64,000 nt of DNA from a bacterium (GTDB lineage: Bacteria > UBA8248). Below are positions 10,939 through 20,712 of the stretch, piece after piece. The translations under genes and the position numbers were made by a program. The notes beneath the pieces were generated by a model that did no database searches, was not told the origin of the DNA, and was given only the letters and a program-made list of their open reading frames with translations. How positions within the stretch are numbered: the first letter of the stretch is position 1; each line of letters starts with the position of its first letter. The DNA lies in assembly GCA_965261085.1 (NCBI GenBank), contig OZ253442.1:2432001-2496000 (forward strand), written 5' to 3'.

Positions 10939-11200
10939 ATGAGCGATGTATTCGTCTTAGGCGCGGGATTCTCCAAAGCCACCTAAGAAGCAATGCCAAT
11001 AATGGACGAGTTAAGCAACGAGGCCCTCGGACGCCTTGGAGAGCTTGACTCATCTGTACCGCATTCATTGGAGAAACTTGGCAATAATGCCGAGCTTTGG
11101 ATGACCTATTTATCCAAGCCCAGCCTTGGCTTAAAAATTACGATAATGATCGTAATCGCTCGATTGCTAGCCGGATTCGTCAACAGATAAAAATACATTA
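10939..11200 (+). pseudogene. SIR2-like gene 5' remnant
   Basis: MSDVFVLGAGFSKAT*EAMPIMDEL... contains the SIR2-type GAGFS motif. There is an in-frame TAA at 10984-10986, an apparent frameshift before QPWL, and then truncation. Confidence 0.6.
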
Positions 11201-11325
11201 TCTCGTTCACCTAACCTTCGCCGTTGCTAACGCCCTCGGCGGCGCCATCCGAACCACCGGCCTTGAACTCAACCAAGAACAAGCCAATCCCCATCTTTGT
11301 GACAACCCAAAAATCGCTGCTTAGA

Positions 11326-12090
11326 CTAAATAGACCGACCTTCCCCCGGGCCTGTGCCTGATTTTGATCCATCAATTTTCTGGTGTTCTTCTTGTTTCTC
11401 TACCGAATGTCGGTTCATGGGTTGCCCGAAGAGTTTCCGATAACCCGGGAGGCAGGTACAGTCTCTTGCCCGTTCGCTGCCGAGGAGATTAATTATGTGC
11501 TCGGTGCTTTCGACGGGGACGCGCATTCTCCCATTGAGAAGCGCCAGATACAGAGCTTCGATAGCAGCAGTGTTCCCCAAGGCAGAAGTTACAGAGGCAT
11601 GGCAGAATAGGTCGATGGACCAGCCCGGTTTTCGCCCACACAGGACTTGGATGGCTTGTGCTCGCCCCTTTCGATCATCTATTAGTGGAAGGAACTGGCG
11701 TTTGGCCCCAATCGCAATCGTCGCGGCTTCACCATCGTCGAGGGATGGGGAGCCGGAGGTGAGATTGGCGAAGAGTGCATTCTCCTGGTCAGACATTTCG
11801 CCGAGCGTCACCTTACCTCCGGCTATTAGGCCATGTAAAAAACCGTGTTCGCCCTTATTGCGGCTCGTTTCGTGTTCGAGCTCCGCGGCTACGACCTGCG
11901 GAACAATGATGCCGTTGGGAATAGCCGCTAGAATACGCTCGCCGTAGCTACAGGCGTAGAGGTTAATCAGAACACTCGTATCGAGAACCAGCGGTCTAAG
12001 GTCATCAGCCAGGGAGTTTGAGTAGGTCATCCGTCTCGCTATCCTCAAGCTCGATCTGATCGATGATATTCCGCAGTTCGACGCGACCAA
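11326..12090 (-). CDS. PIN-domain ribonuclease-like protein (true start probably ~12030, MTYSNS)
   Basis: LVLDTSVLINL, LDDGEAATIA and IDDRKG motifs. It overlaps the end of the upstream HTH-ImmA gene. Confidence 0.8.
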   Translation of the reverse strand: MVASNCGISSIRSSLRIARRMTYSNSLADDLRPLVLDTSVLINLYACSYGERILAAIPNGIIVPQVVAAELEHETSRNKGEHGFLHGLIAGGKVTLGEMSDQENALFANLTSGSPSLDDGEAATIAIGAKRQFLPLIDDRKGRAQAIQVLCGRKPGWSIDLFCHASVTSALGNTAAIEALYLALLNGRMRVPVESTEHIINLLGSERARDCTCLPGYRKLFGQPMNRHSVEKQEEHQKIDGSKSGTGPGEGRSI

Positions 12091-13195
12091 CCTTAAGTAG
12101 TTCCGTCAGTTGGCCTTCTGACATGAGGCCACGTTTCCAGGCGGCATGGACCATCAGGCTCATCCGGTGGGAAATCGGACGGTCGGCGTCGGTCTTAGCA
12201 GGGTCAGGTCGATTGGCCATCTCGCCAAGCACCTCCCGCACGTGAGCCTCCGTAATGCTGCCGTTCTTCTCAAACCACTCCCACGTCCCTTTTTTCGTAA
12301 TGCCAAGCTCCTCCAGACGTAGTACGCATGCCTGGCGGGAGATATTGTATTGCTGGGAAAGTAGAATGATCAGCCGTCGGGTGGTCTTGCCAGTGATCTC
12401 TTTCAATTGCCGGAAGCTTTCTTTGAAGCTCTCGGCGGGCGTCAACAATGCGCGACCAAAGGCATTGGCGTAGCGCTCGTCGCGAGACAAAAACCTCTCG
12501 TCCTCTTTAAGTATTTCTGGAGTGTTGCGGGTCCCGTAGAAGTGGCCGAGTTCGTGCGCGGCCGACTGGATACGCCGAGGCAGTGGATGGTTGGCGTTAA
12601 GAAGAATACAGGCGCCAACGGTATCATCGTAAGTGAACAAACCCGCCACTTTTGATTTGGATGATAGGCGGCGTTGATAAAGACGAATGTCGAGACCCAG
12701 CTCTATGATCGAGAATATGTCGGCAATCGGCCCTGGACCGAGACCCAACCAGTCGCGAAACTCTTGGGCATGATTCTCGGCCAAAGTCAAAACGTTGCCC
12801 TCATTGATGCCGCGGTCCGGCGGATAGTTCCGGCGCCGCTCAATGCCGAGCATATTTTCCAACTCGACGTTCGCCTTAATCAGGTCATTGAAAAGCTGAA
12901 TGGCTTCAGCCTGATGCTTGTCCTCCGTTTCCCGCAGTCTCCGGAAGCGGGGCACGAGATCCGTATGAACGGCCTCGCGGCGGAGGAGGGCGTTCACCGA
13001 TACGCCGTAGTGGCGGGCCAACACTTGGAGCTCCTGAATACGTACACTGCGCGCCCCCTTCTCAATCGAGACCAGGGTCGGTCGTGACATGTCAATGAAC
13101 TGGGCTGCATCATCCTGTCGTATGCCCGCGTTCTCGCGCGCCAGCCGAAGGCGGCGGCCGATTTCCTGGGCGCTCAATTCATTCAGATCGGCCAT
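12005..13195 (-). CDS. XRE-HTH fused to ImmA/IrrE (HExxH) metallopeptidase
   Basis: N-terminal IGRRLRLARENAGIRQDDAA HTH, plus SAAHELGH and ERYANAFG. Confidence 0.9.
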   Translation of the reverse strand: MADLNELSAQEIGRRLRLARENAGIRQDDAAQFIDMSRPTLVSIEKGARSVRIQELQVLARHYGVSVNALLRREAVHTDLVPRFRRLRETEDKHQAEAIQLFNDLIKANVELENMLGIERRRNYPPDRGINEGNVLTLAENHAQEFRDWLGLGPGPIADIFSIIELGLDIRLYQRRLSSKSKVAGLFTYDDTVGACILLNANHPLPRRIQSAAHELGHFYGTRNTPEILKEDERFLSRDERYANAFGRALLTPAESFKESFRQLKEITGKTTRRLIILLSQQYNISRQACVLRLEELGITKKGTWEWFEKNGSITEAHVREVLGEMANRPDPAKTDADRPISHRMSLMVHAAWKRGLMSEGQLTELLKVGRVELRNIIDQIELEDSETDDLLKLPG

Positions 13196-14567
13196 AACGT
13201 CCTCCCTCCATCCAGCTCTTCAAGAAGCTTTGTTCTCCTTGGGCGGATAAAAATGCCCGCCATTCTTCCGCATGCTTCACCAGTAGAGTTCTCAGATTCT
13301 TCAGAGTATCTTGAAAGGTCGCACCGGTTGCTGCCGCGATTTCCCATACATGCACACGGAGTTCGTCATCTGGCAGAACTGCCATATCGGCTAGATGTTG
13401 CAAATGCCGCGCACCGACGCTGCCATACTCGACCATAATGTTCCGGTCGGCATTCTGCGGGATGATGGATAAGGCCTTGGTCACATCCGAAGTACTCAGA
13501 TCAGAAACCAAGTAGGTGGCTGGCATCTCGGTGACGGCGGCTGCGTGCAGACTCTGGCGTCTGAGCAGGCAGGCTGCGCATAGGCCGCAATGCTTCTTGC
13601 TGCCCCCGCTGTTCACGATTCGGCGGTTTTGCCAGCAGGAGCGCGTGCTGGTGAGGTCGTGTTCGCGCTTACCAGGAAGGTCCAGAAATGCCTGTAGCGT
13701 CTGGCCTTTCGTGTACCATAGGCGAGGCTGTTCGTAATAGACCTGATGGCGTAACAGCGTCTCAATGAACCGCTCCATCTTCCGGAAAAACGTCGGGTAG
13801 TTGCGGTAATCAGGGTAGATATTGTGAAGAGGCAGCAACACTGGGCCTAAAGCGCTCTGACCGCTCTCCGAAACCGTGATTCGGGTTACATTCGACAAGT
13901 GAGCGGCAATCGTCGTTACTGCCGCAAACTGAAACCCACGAGACCGGAAACTACTCTCGTTGCTCCGGTGTCCATGAACTTTGAATGGGATCTGAGAAAA
14001 GTAACTGTCACCGGTCTTCCTACGTTGGCGAAATTTTGTGAGCCGGATGCAAAGTGCTTCATCCCTATCCCCACTCAAAGCAGCGACTGCACGCGAGTCC
14101 AATCCGTCACTATAGGCGATAGCGAAGGTCTTAGTGTTCGGGAAGTTTAGAGCGCCTTGGCGCTCGCCAATCGGAGATGGGTTTTTCGCCTGCACGAAAG
14201 TCAATTTCCAATCATCACACGTAAGGTGACGTAGCACGTTATGGAGGCTCTCCTGCACTTCGTGATTTTGCCAAGTCTCAAGGTCAATAACCGGAACCAT
14301 CACGTGCAGGTTGCGATTCCAGCCCCGTGGGCGCTTCCAGCGACGGTCGGCAAACTCAATGGCCGCGCACAATACCAACAGGTCGTAGTGCACCGGCAGA
14401 AAACCCTTTACATCGAAGGTATCGAGAACAGTCGCGTTGAAGGTGATTTCTCGGCTAACCATAGCCGTCTCTACATCTTTCGGGCAGATATGGTCGGGCC
14501 TTTGGCCTTTCTCAATGACGTGCAGACGCTTGGCTTTCGTTTGTGAACCATTTAGTTCGGTGCTCAT
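13179..14567 (-). CDS. QueC-like (7-cyano-7-deazaguanine synthase / QatC-like) PP-loop protein
   Basis: PP-loop variant AYSDGLDS, SFRSRGF, YTKGQ, and the Zn cluster SCW...HCGLCAACLLRR. Confidence 0.8.
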   Translation of the reverse strand: MSTELNGSQTKAKRLHVIEKGQRPDHICPKDVETAMVSREITFNATVLDTFDVKGFLPVHYDLLVLCAAIEFADRRWKRPRGWNRNLHVMVPVIDLETWQNHEVQESLHNVLRHLTCDDWKLTFVQAKNPSPIGERQGALNFPNTKTFAIAYSDGLDSRAVAALSGDRDEALCIRLTKFRQRRKTGDSYFSQIPFKVHGHRSNESSFRSRGFQFAAVTTIAAHLSNVTRITVSESGQSALGPVLLPLHNIYPDYRNYPTFFRKMERFIETLLRHQVYYEQPRLWYTKGQTLQAFLDLPGKREHDLTSTRSCWQNRRIVNSGGSKKHCGLCAACLLRRQSLHAAAVTEMPATYLVSDLSTSDVTKALSIIPQNADRNIMVEYGSVGARHLQHLADMAVLPDDELRVHVWEIAAATGATFQDTLKNLRTLLVKHAEEWRAFLSAQGEQSFLKSWMEGGRYGRSE

Positions 14568-15139
14568 TCGTCGGGGCCCTCATCCACGCCCACTTTCATT
14601 CGAGTGACTTGCCTGAAGGCGCGTCCGTTGTCGGAGACCAGGGCGTCGCAGAGCTCGTTTGGTCTTATGGCACCAAAGGCTTCGTGGTTGCGCTCGATTC
14701 CTTTACGATAGTTCTCATGGTTCATGTCGCCGAGGTCACGAGCACGGATGCACTGCTCATCGAGTCGATTCTTGGTGATGCCGATCGAGTCCGTAACGGC
14801 GCTCAATATCGCCTGCCCCAGTGCTCTCTCGCCAGGAATCTGTTCTCGGAGGTTGGCAATCAGGTGTTTCTGGAGGATATTAGTTAGAGGCGGTTTCGCC
14901 TGGCCGTCGAAGATGGCCTCGACTGAGGAAATCGAGTCCATATCCATCTGTGGCCGCTGAGCGTGTGCTTTGAGTTCGTTCAAGAGCGCGCCAAACGCTT
15001 TCATGTCCACATTGCCGAGCATGCTGTGGCACGCCTGGGCGGCTCGTTCTTCCGAACTTACAGCGTCGTTCACGAGATCTTTGCCATACCGCTTCCATCG
15101 GCTGCTCAGCGCAGCGTTTCTGAACGGTCCATCCGTCAT
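14564..15139 (-). CDS. Hypothetical helical protein, first gene of the QueC operon (possible QatB-like partner)
   Basis: ORF track 14564-15151. A GGAGG SD favours the ATG at 15139 (MTDGPF...). It overlaps the QueC-like gene by 4 bp. Confidence 0.7.
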   Translation of the reverse strand: MTDGPFRNAALSSRWKRYGKDLVNDAVSSEERAAQACHSMLGNVDMKAFGALLNELKAHAQRPQMDMDSISSVEAIFDGQAKPPLTNILQKHLIANLREQIPGERALGQAILSAVTDSIGITKNRLDEQCIRARDLGDMNHENYRKGIERNHEAFGAIRPNELCDALVSDNGRAFRQVTRMKVGVDEGPDE

Positions 15140-15148
15140 CACAACCTC

Positions 15149-15187
15149 CATTGTCAGTATATTATTTTAATATACTGACAATGTCAA
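15149..15187 (-). promoter_or_regulatory. Sigma70-type promoter overlapped by a perfect 16-bp inverted repeat (operator)
   Basis: The minus strand reads TTGACA (15187-15182)-17 nt-TAATAT. The palindrome CATTGTCAGTATATTA-ttt-TAATATACTGACAATG spans 15149-15183. Confidence 0.8.
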
Positions 15188-15313
15188 TATTTAAATTCAA
15201 GAACTGATATATTTTCACGCGGGACGTTCTAAATCGAGCGCTGGTCACTCCGAGGTCCAACAAGGGATTCCGAGGAGTTTGTCCCGGTATGTACGAGGCG
15301 CTCATGATAATGA

Positions 15314-15565
15314 GAACGGACCGTCGAGCACGACCTGCCGGGAGAAGTCTCCTTCCTGAGGCGCTACGATGCGTTTCGCAGGGAGCTGAACCTGGTGGTC
15401 GACATACCGGAGAGGTTGTCTGACCTTCTGTTCCGGTTCCTGCACCGCAATGGCGGCAAACTAATCCGCCGAGGCCAGGAAAAGGAACTCGCCGCGCTGA
15501 CCGATGACGAGGCAGCGCGAATCGAAACGATTTACCGCGAGGTGTTCGCCGATGCCGGGGCTTGA
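15314..15565 (+). pseudogene. Fic-family protein C-terminal remnant
   Basis: RTVEHDLPGEVSFLRRYDAFRRELNLVVDIPERLSDLLFRFLHRNGGKL...LTDDEAARIETIY* resembles the C-terminal wHTH of Fic proteins. It has no start codon and ends 60 bp before repeat copy 2. Confidence 0.6.
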
Positions 15566-15625
15566 AACAGATGGCCTTGTGACCGGTCTACCCAGCCGGC
15601 CGAGCGGTAGTGGCTTCGGTAGACG

Positions 15626-15804
15626 ACGACACCGCCTCGCCTGGATGCGCGTGAGTTTGAATTCGCCCGCTTCCGTTTTGATTACTTATTACAGATAAGC
15701 GAATCCCCAACGAAGCTCCCAAAAACAAATATCCATAACAGTCTCAAGAAACTACAAGGACTTCAGAGCCGTTGGATACACCCCACCGTCTCTAAACGGG
15801 CGAA
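15626..15804 (+). repeat. ~179-bp dispersed conserved element, copy 2
   Basis: ACGACACC...GGATGCGCGTGAGTTTGAATTCGCCCGCTTCCGTTTTGATTAC...AAACGGGCGAA. Confidence 0.9.
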
Positions 15805-16022
15805 AGAGGGCAAAAATAGTCTTTCAGCGATTGACGTTCTGCCTGAATCACTCGGATGCCGATGAATATGACAAACAACCGAGTGCTGCGTCCGTATCCA
15901 AAGAGCGGGAATGGCTACTGGGGACGGATCCTAGGAAGGCACTGAAGCCGAAGGCGGTAAGTAGCGAACTTGGGCAGTATAGAAGCGGTTTTTTAATGTG
16001 GCACGCTAATGGAGCGTATCCT

Positions 16023-16985
16023 TTAGCTAAAGTTTGCGAAGAACGGCATGACCACCCTCTTGGTAGTCAAGGCTCTTTCTGGATAGAGCAAGATTAGGAT
16101 GTTGTAGGTCGTATCAAACGCTTCGGCGACACACTCATGTTGCTCACCGTTAATGTCGGTAATCGGGAGCGAAACGGGTTTTGTCATTCTGCGGCCAACC
16201 GGAAGCACCTGCCATAGAAAATGATCTGGCGTGACTGCATCGACAGTAGGTCGTCCGAATTGGGCAAGAAAAGCGGGCGAGGGTTCAATGCGTCGCACTG
16301 GCGCCCGGAACCCGGAACCTTCAATGTTCTCCATTGGGTCTAGAACAAAAACGACGCACGCTCTGTGGCTGGTGCGGGCAAATTCGCGTGTGGAGGCATA
16401 AATCGAGGCCCCAAATGTCCTGGCGAGTCTGATCGGTGTCTTGATCTCGAATGGGCAATCGGCGGCTTGTTTGGCGAAGGTGTTGCCCTTGAATAGTACA
16501 AAGCGCGCATAGTTGTTGGCTTCACGCTCAAATTGGTCGGCGACCTCGGGCTCTAGAGTCCTTTTGCAGTCCTGGAATATTCGAAACATCTTGCGGTGGG
16601 TCGGCATATCGTGATGTCCGGTTTCATGAAGCTTGAGAAAGGTCTGTTTTGATTCGACTACGGAATTATCAATATGGATGACGGTCTCACCCGCATCATA
16701 AAGCCCGAAAACCTTGCTTATCGCCGACTTGATTCGAACAGTAGTGTCGACGGTCTTGGCTTTAAGGTAAGAGAGTATGGCATCGGGGTCGAAAGCATTA
16801 GTGGGGACAATACCGACCTTTGCTGCAGTAAGAATGTCGTCGATTGGGGCCGGGAACCGGTTCCAGGCATCCGCGCGGTCGAGGAGTTGTCTAGCTCGCC
16901 CCTCGACCACGCGGAGATCCTCCGGGTCGAGAGCGCTGTCATCAGGTCTTGTCACGCGCCCGCCTCCTGCTGCGCAAGAACTCAA
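16023..16985 (-). CDS. ImmA/IrrE-family metallopeptidase (CapP-like)
   Basis: FLKLHETGHH and FEREANNYA. It lies directly downstream of a small HTH gene. Confidence 0.85.
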   Translation of the reverse strand: MSSCAAGGGRVTRPDDSALDPEDLRVVEGRARQLLDRADAWNRFPAPIDDILTAAKVGIVPTNAFDPDAILSYLKAKTVDTTVRIKSAISKVFGLYDAGETVIHIDNSVVESKQTFLKLHETGHHDMPTHRKMFRIFQDCKRTLEPEVADQFEREANNYARFVLFKGNTFAKQAADCPFEIKTPIRLARTFGASIYASTREFARTSHRACVVFVLDPMENIEGSGFRAPVRRIEPSPAFLAQFGRPTVDAVTPDHFLWQVLPVGRRMTKPVSLPITDINGEQHECVAEAFDTTYNILILLYPERALTTKRVVMPFFANFS

Positions 16986-17307
16986 GGTACTCCATCAACT
17001 CGGATTCTTCTTCGGGCGTCAAATTATACTCGGCGAATGTCGCCACCCGGCCGTGACGGTCATCGTCTGTACGTTTGGCCAACGACATGAGATAGCCAGC
17101 CTTATCCATGAGGTTCTCAAAGCTGACCACATAGATTTCGGCCAGGGAATGAAGGATGTTGGGAGAAGGTTTCCGGATTTTGTCATTTTCGATCTGGCTG
17201 AGATAGGCATTCGATACCCGCTTGTTAGTCGCCTCCTCGACTTCGCGCAATGTCATTTTGCGATCTGTACGAATAGAAGCGAGGTATTGTCCTAGTGTTG
17301 GCTTCAC
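16942..17307 (-). CDS. XRE-family HTH repressor (CapH-like)
   Basis: LGQYLASIRTDRKMTLREVE...SNAYLSQIEND...PSPNIL. It is divergent from the Ubl operon. Confidence 0.85.
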   Translation of the reverse strand: MKPTLGQYLASIRTDRKMTLREVEEATNKRVSNAYLSQIENDKIRKPSPNILHSLAEIYVVSFENLMDKAGYLMSLAKRTDDDRHGRVATFAEYNLTPEEESELMEYLEFLRSRRRARDKT

Positions 17308-17689
17308 GTTGCTCCCCTCCGTAGCGGGGCGGACATAGCTTCAACTCCCTGAAATGAATTGATAGTTAAAATTCTAGCTTCGATCGCTGGGCGAGTCAAG
17401 CGTGCTCGATTATTGCTTGATAAATATAGCACGCTGTGGAATAATAGCACCATGCCTGAACCATGGTGGTGCAGGTAGTGACTCTTCAAGGAGATAAACC
17501 ATGGAAATATCTCCTGATCTTGCCGTATCTGGGAGCGAAAATATCGAACAGGAGCCAGCATAATATGTCCTCTTTCTCTCTGGACCACATGTGGTGCCCT
17601 CCAATGAATTTTATCCAATTACTTGAATGTCGGCAGAACGTGCCCAAACAGATTACGGTGACGCATAGCCATAGGAAAGGAACACAGCC

Positions 17690-17977
17690 ATGAATGATAA
17701 GCCTGAATACCCAATTAATAAGCCTGTCGAGCCCGGCAAGACGGTTACGATCATCGTAAACGGCGTCGAAAAACCGGTGGAAGCAAGGTCTGAGCTGAGC
17801 TTCGACGATCTTGTTTTGCTCGCTTTCAACGAAAAACCGGGAAACCCGAACATCGTATATTCGATCACTTATACGAAGGCTGAAGGTGCCCAAGACGAAG
17901 GTTCATTAGCCCCTGGTAAGAAGGTTAAAATCGTAGATGGAATGATTTTCGATGTCGACAGAACTGATAAATCTTAA
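17690..17977 (+). CDS. Multiubiquitin-family ubiquitin-like protein
   Basis: VTIIVNG...LSFDDLVLLAF...YSITY...GSLAPGKKVKIVDGMIFDVDRTDKS is the multi-ubiquitin beta-grasp pattern. An AGGAAAGG SD precedes it. Confidence 0.85.
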   Translation: MNDKPEYPINKPVEPGKTVTIIVNGVEKPVEARSELSFDDLVLLAFNEKPGNPNIVYSITYTKAEGAQDEGSLAPGKKVKIVDGMIFDVDRTDKS

Positions 17978-19148
17978 TCCGGACCTCAAGAAACTCAGAG
18001 ATGATGGATACAATATCGAAATACGGGAGGGGCATCTACTTGTAAAGGATGTCTCGTATCTGGATGACACCGGTGCAATTAAGCGGGGAACTTTGCTCTC
18101 GCCGTTAACTCTCGCTGGGGATCGAACGGCTCAACCGGAGCGCCACACGGTATTGTTTACCGGTGAGTATCCCCACTCTAGTGATGGGAAACCCCTTACA
18201 GGGATTAAGTGTGGTGAGCGGAATAAGCGAATAGTCGCGGGGCTGATGGTTTGCTACGAATTTTCGGCTCACAAACTCGATGACCAAGGCAATAAAGTTC
18301 GCTATAAAGACCATTACGAAAAAATGACGTCTTATGTGCGTCGGTTGTCTCATCCGGCCGCGTCTGTTGATCCCGGTGCCACAGCACAGACGTACAGAGT
18401 TCTGGAACCCGTGGACGAGGATTCCCCCTTCGAATACCTTGATACTGCGAGTGCGCGCGCTGGAATTACCGAGATGCAATCGAAACTTACAGAATGCCGT
18501 CTCGGAATTATAGGCGTAGGAGGAACTGGCAGTTACGTTCTTGACTTCGTCGCGAAAACGCAGGTTCTTGAAATTCAGATTTTTGATGATGACCTCTTTC
18601 TCTCCCATAACGCTTTTCGAGCCCCGGGAGCTGCGTCGAAAGCAGAGCTTCGGGCCCAACAACACAAGGTCGAGTATTTTCGGAAAAAGTATAGCGTTCA
18701 AAGACGAAGAATTATTGCTCACCGTGAACGAATTACGAGCGAAAATCTGAAATTATTGGATGTTCTGGATTTCGTCTTTATTTGTCTCGATTCTGGAAAT
18801 GGGAAAGAAGAAATTATCACGCACTTGGAAAAATTGGAAAAACCTTTTGTCGATGTCGGCATGGGAATTACTTCTGTGAACGGAATGCTTCGGGGAACGG
18901 TGCGTACAACCACCAGTACTGTTTCACACCGGGATCATATAAGGGAAAATAGCCGTTTTTCGCTGGAAGGTGATCCGGTCGAGGATGAGTATTCAAGCAA
19001 CACTCAAATTGCCGAGCTAAACGCGTTAAATGCTGCCTTGGCTGTTATCAGGTGGAAGAAGATTTACGGGTTTTATTTAGATCAGTTAGGTGAACATCAT
19101 TCGGTCTACCTTATTGGTCAGAATCGAATAGTGAACGAAGATGCATAG
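17952..19148 (+). CDS. E2-like (DUF6791-type) N-domain fused to ThiF/E1 adenylyltransferase
   Basis: ThiF motifs GIIGVGGTGS, FDDDLFLSHNAFRAPG, FICLD and DVGMG. The N-terminal ~150 aa domain is typical of Ubl-associated ThiF proteins. It overlaps the Ubl gene. Confidence 0.85.
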   Translation: MSTELINLNPDLKKLRDDGYNIEIREGHLLVKDVSYLDDTGAIKRGTLLSPLTLAGDRTAQPERHTVLFTGEYPHSSDGKPLTGIKCGERNKRIVAGLMVCYEFSAHKLDDQGNKVRYKDHYEKMTSYVRRLSHPAASVDPGATAQTYRVLEPVDEDSPFEYLDTASARAGITEMQSKLTECRLGIIGVGGTGSYVLDFVAKTQVLEIQIFDDDLFLSHNAFRAPGAASKAELRAQQHKVEYFRKKYSVQRRRIIAHRERITSENLKLLDVLDFVFICLDSGNGKEEIITHLEKLEKPFVDVGMGITSVNGMLRGTVRTTTSTVSHRDHIRENSRFSLEGDPVEDEYSSNTQIAELNALNAALAVIRWKKIYGFYLDQLGEHHSVYLIGQNRIVNEDA

Positions 19149-19159
19149 AGGCCTAAACT

Positions 19160-19591
19160 GTGAAATGGGAACACATTTTTGTTGACACAATTCCAGCACA
19201 AATTGCGCCTCGTGTGCTGTACGTGTCAATCCGTTATCGGACTGCGAAACATTTATGCCCATGCGGTTGCGGTAGCGAGGTTGTAACGCCGATCCGGCCA
19301 AACAAGTGGAGTATCAGGTTTAACGGGAGATCCGTTTCGTTGTACCCGTCGATCGGTAACTGGAGCCTGGAGTGTAAATCTCACTACTGGATCAGAGAGA
19401 ACGAGATAGAGTGGGCAGAGGCGTGGAGCGATGCGCAAATTGAACGGGCTCGATCGAAGCAGCGTGTTGCGGACGCAAAATATTTTCGATCAGTGGATGC
19501 CGGTGAAGAGTGGAGTGAGCAGACGGTACCTATGAAAACTGTAGCGGCTTGGTTATGTAGAGTAGGAAGGTTCTTTCGTAGCAAGAAGTGA
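19160..19591 (+). CDS. DUF6527-family protein (putative Ubl-system peptidase)
   Basis: HLCPCGCG...VSLYPSIGNWSLECKSHYWI. It is the third gene of the Ubl operon. Confidence 0.8.
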   Translation: MKWEHIFVDTIPAQIAPRVLYVSIRYRTAKHLCPCGCGSEVVTPIRPNKWSIRFNGRSVSLYPSIGNWSLECKSHYWIRENEIEWAEAWSDAQIERARSKQRVADAKYFRSVDAGEEWSEQTVPMKTVAAWLCRVGRFFRSKK

Positions 19592-20130
19592 CGATGAGTA
19601 TGGTGACATTACGGTGTTGGCGTAGAGGTTAAGGGATAGCTCGGTTTGAACAGAAAGGAGGTGCATGGCATGCCCTCTAAAACGAACGTCTCAGCCCGCA
19701 AACTACGGAAACGTACTCCGGTATTTTGGGGGAATTTTCACGCAGCCTGTCGCAATGTACCAAGGCTCTCCCGATAGAAGATAGACTGATATCTTCGCAT
19801 CAGTTGCCCTTGCTCTTGAACAAGTTCTCGGCGTTCACTTCGCACATCTCAATGTCAAAGTGGTGTTGATCGTCACGACAGAACTCTGTCTCCGAATCGA
19901 CGCCGTTAAACTCGAAGCGATGCATCGAAGTACGCCCGACTGTTGTCGGTCAGGATAGTCTGCCCTCCTATCCCCAAAGCCTCGTACGAGAGTAAGACGT
20001 CACTGTGAACCACCGCAGTTGCGTGTCCAGGCACCCCATGGGAAGCGAACCGGTGGTCCCTGAACCAACGTCGCGGGACCCCTAGCATGCCTACAAGCAA
20101 GCTGTTGCGGGCCAGACTTTAGGGGACGCT

Positions 20131-20308
20131 CCGACACGGACCCACTGGGATGCTCGGGAGTTGTAATGAATCCGCTTCCGTTTTGATTACTTACTGCAGA
20201 AAGCGATTCTCGAACGGGATCAGGAATTATGAATCTGTCCTAATAATATCAACGGAATAAGTGGATTTCACAGCCGTTGGAAATCGCCTAGTGTCTCTAA
20301 GCGGGCAA
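20131..20308 (+). repeat. ~179-bp dispersed conserved element, copy 3
   Basis: CCGACACGGA...GGATGCTCGGGAGTTGTAATGAATCCGCTTCCGTTTTGATTAC...AATAATATCAACGGAATA...AAGCGGGCAA. Confidence 0.9.
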
Positions 20309-20712
20309 AGAGACCGCCAAGGACCTGATAATGTTAGGCTGCTGTAGAGCAAGGGCCGCCGCACTCTTCCGCAATCGAGCCCGTATGGTTGTCTGGGTTG
20401 AACAAGCCTGCATCTTGAAAGTAAGGGCCACACGGAAAGGAGGGAGACATAAGTCAGGAAGCGACTTACACAAGACATAAAGTTCGACGGCCTTGGCCAG
20501 TTAACGAGTCGCTTATCGCGCATGGCAACTCAGAGAGGGCCGAACTAGGCGAAACCTTATTAAACAGCTATGAGTCATGCTTTCCAAGAAGACCTATGCT
20601 TCAGGTGTCTATTGGTTGACAGACACCTTTCTCGATGGGGAATCTAGTCTCGTAGCCTAAACTTGTCTGTCGGTCAATAAAATTGTCCCCAAATCGTGTT
20701 GGAGTGTGAACT

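Noticed and set aside
15219-15242. Possible degenerate tenth partial copy (GCGGGACGTTCTAAATCGAGCGCT)
   Set aside because: It resembles only the first box and lacks GTTTTGATTAC and the right IR. It is too short to separate from chance by eye.
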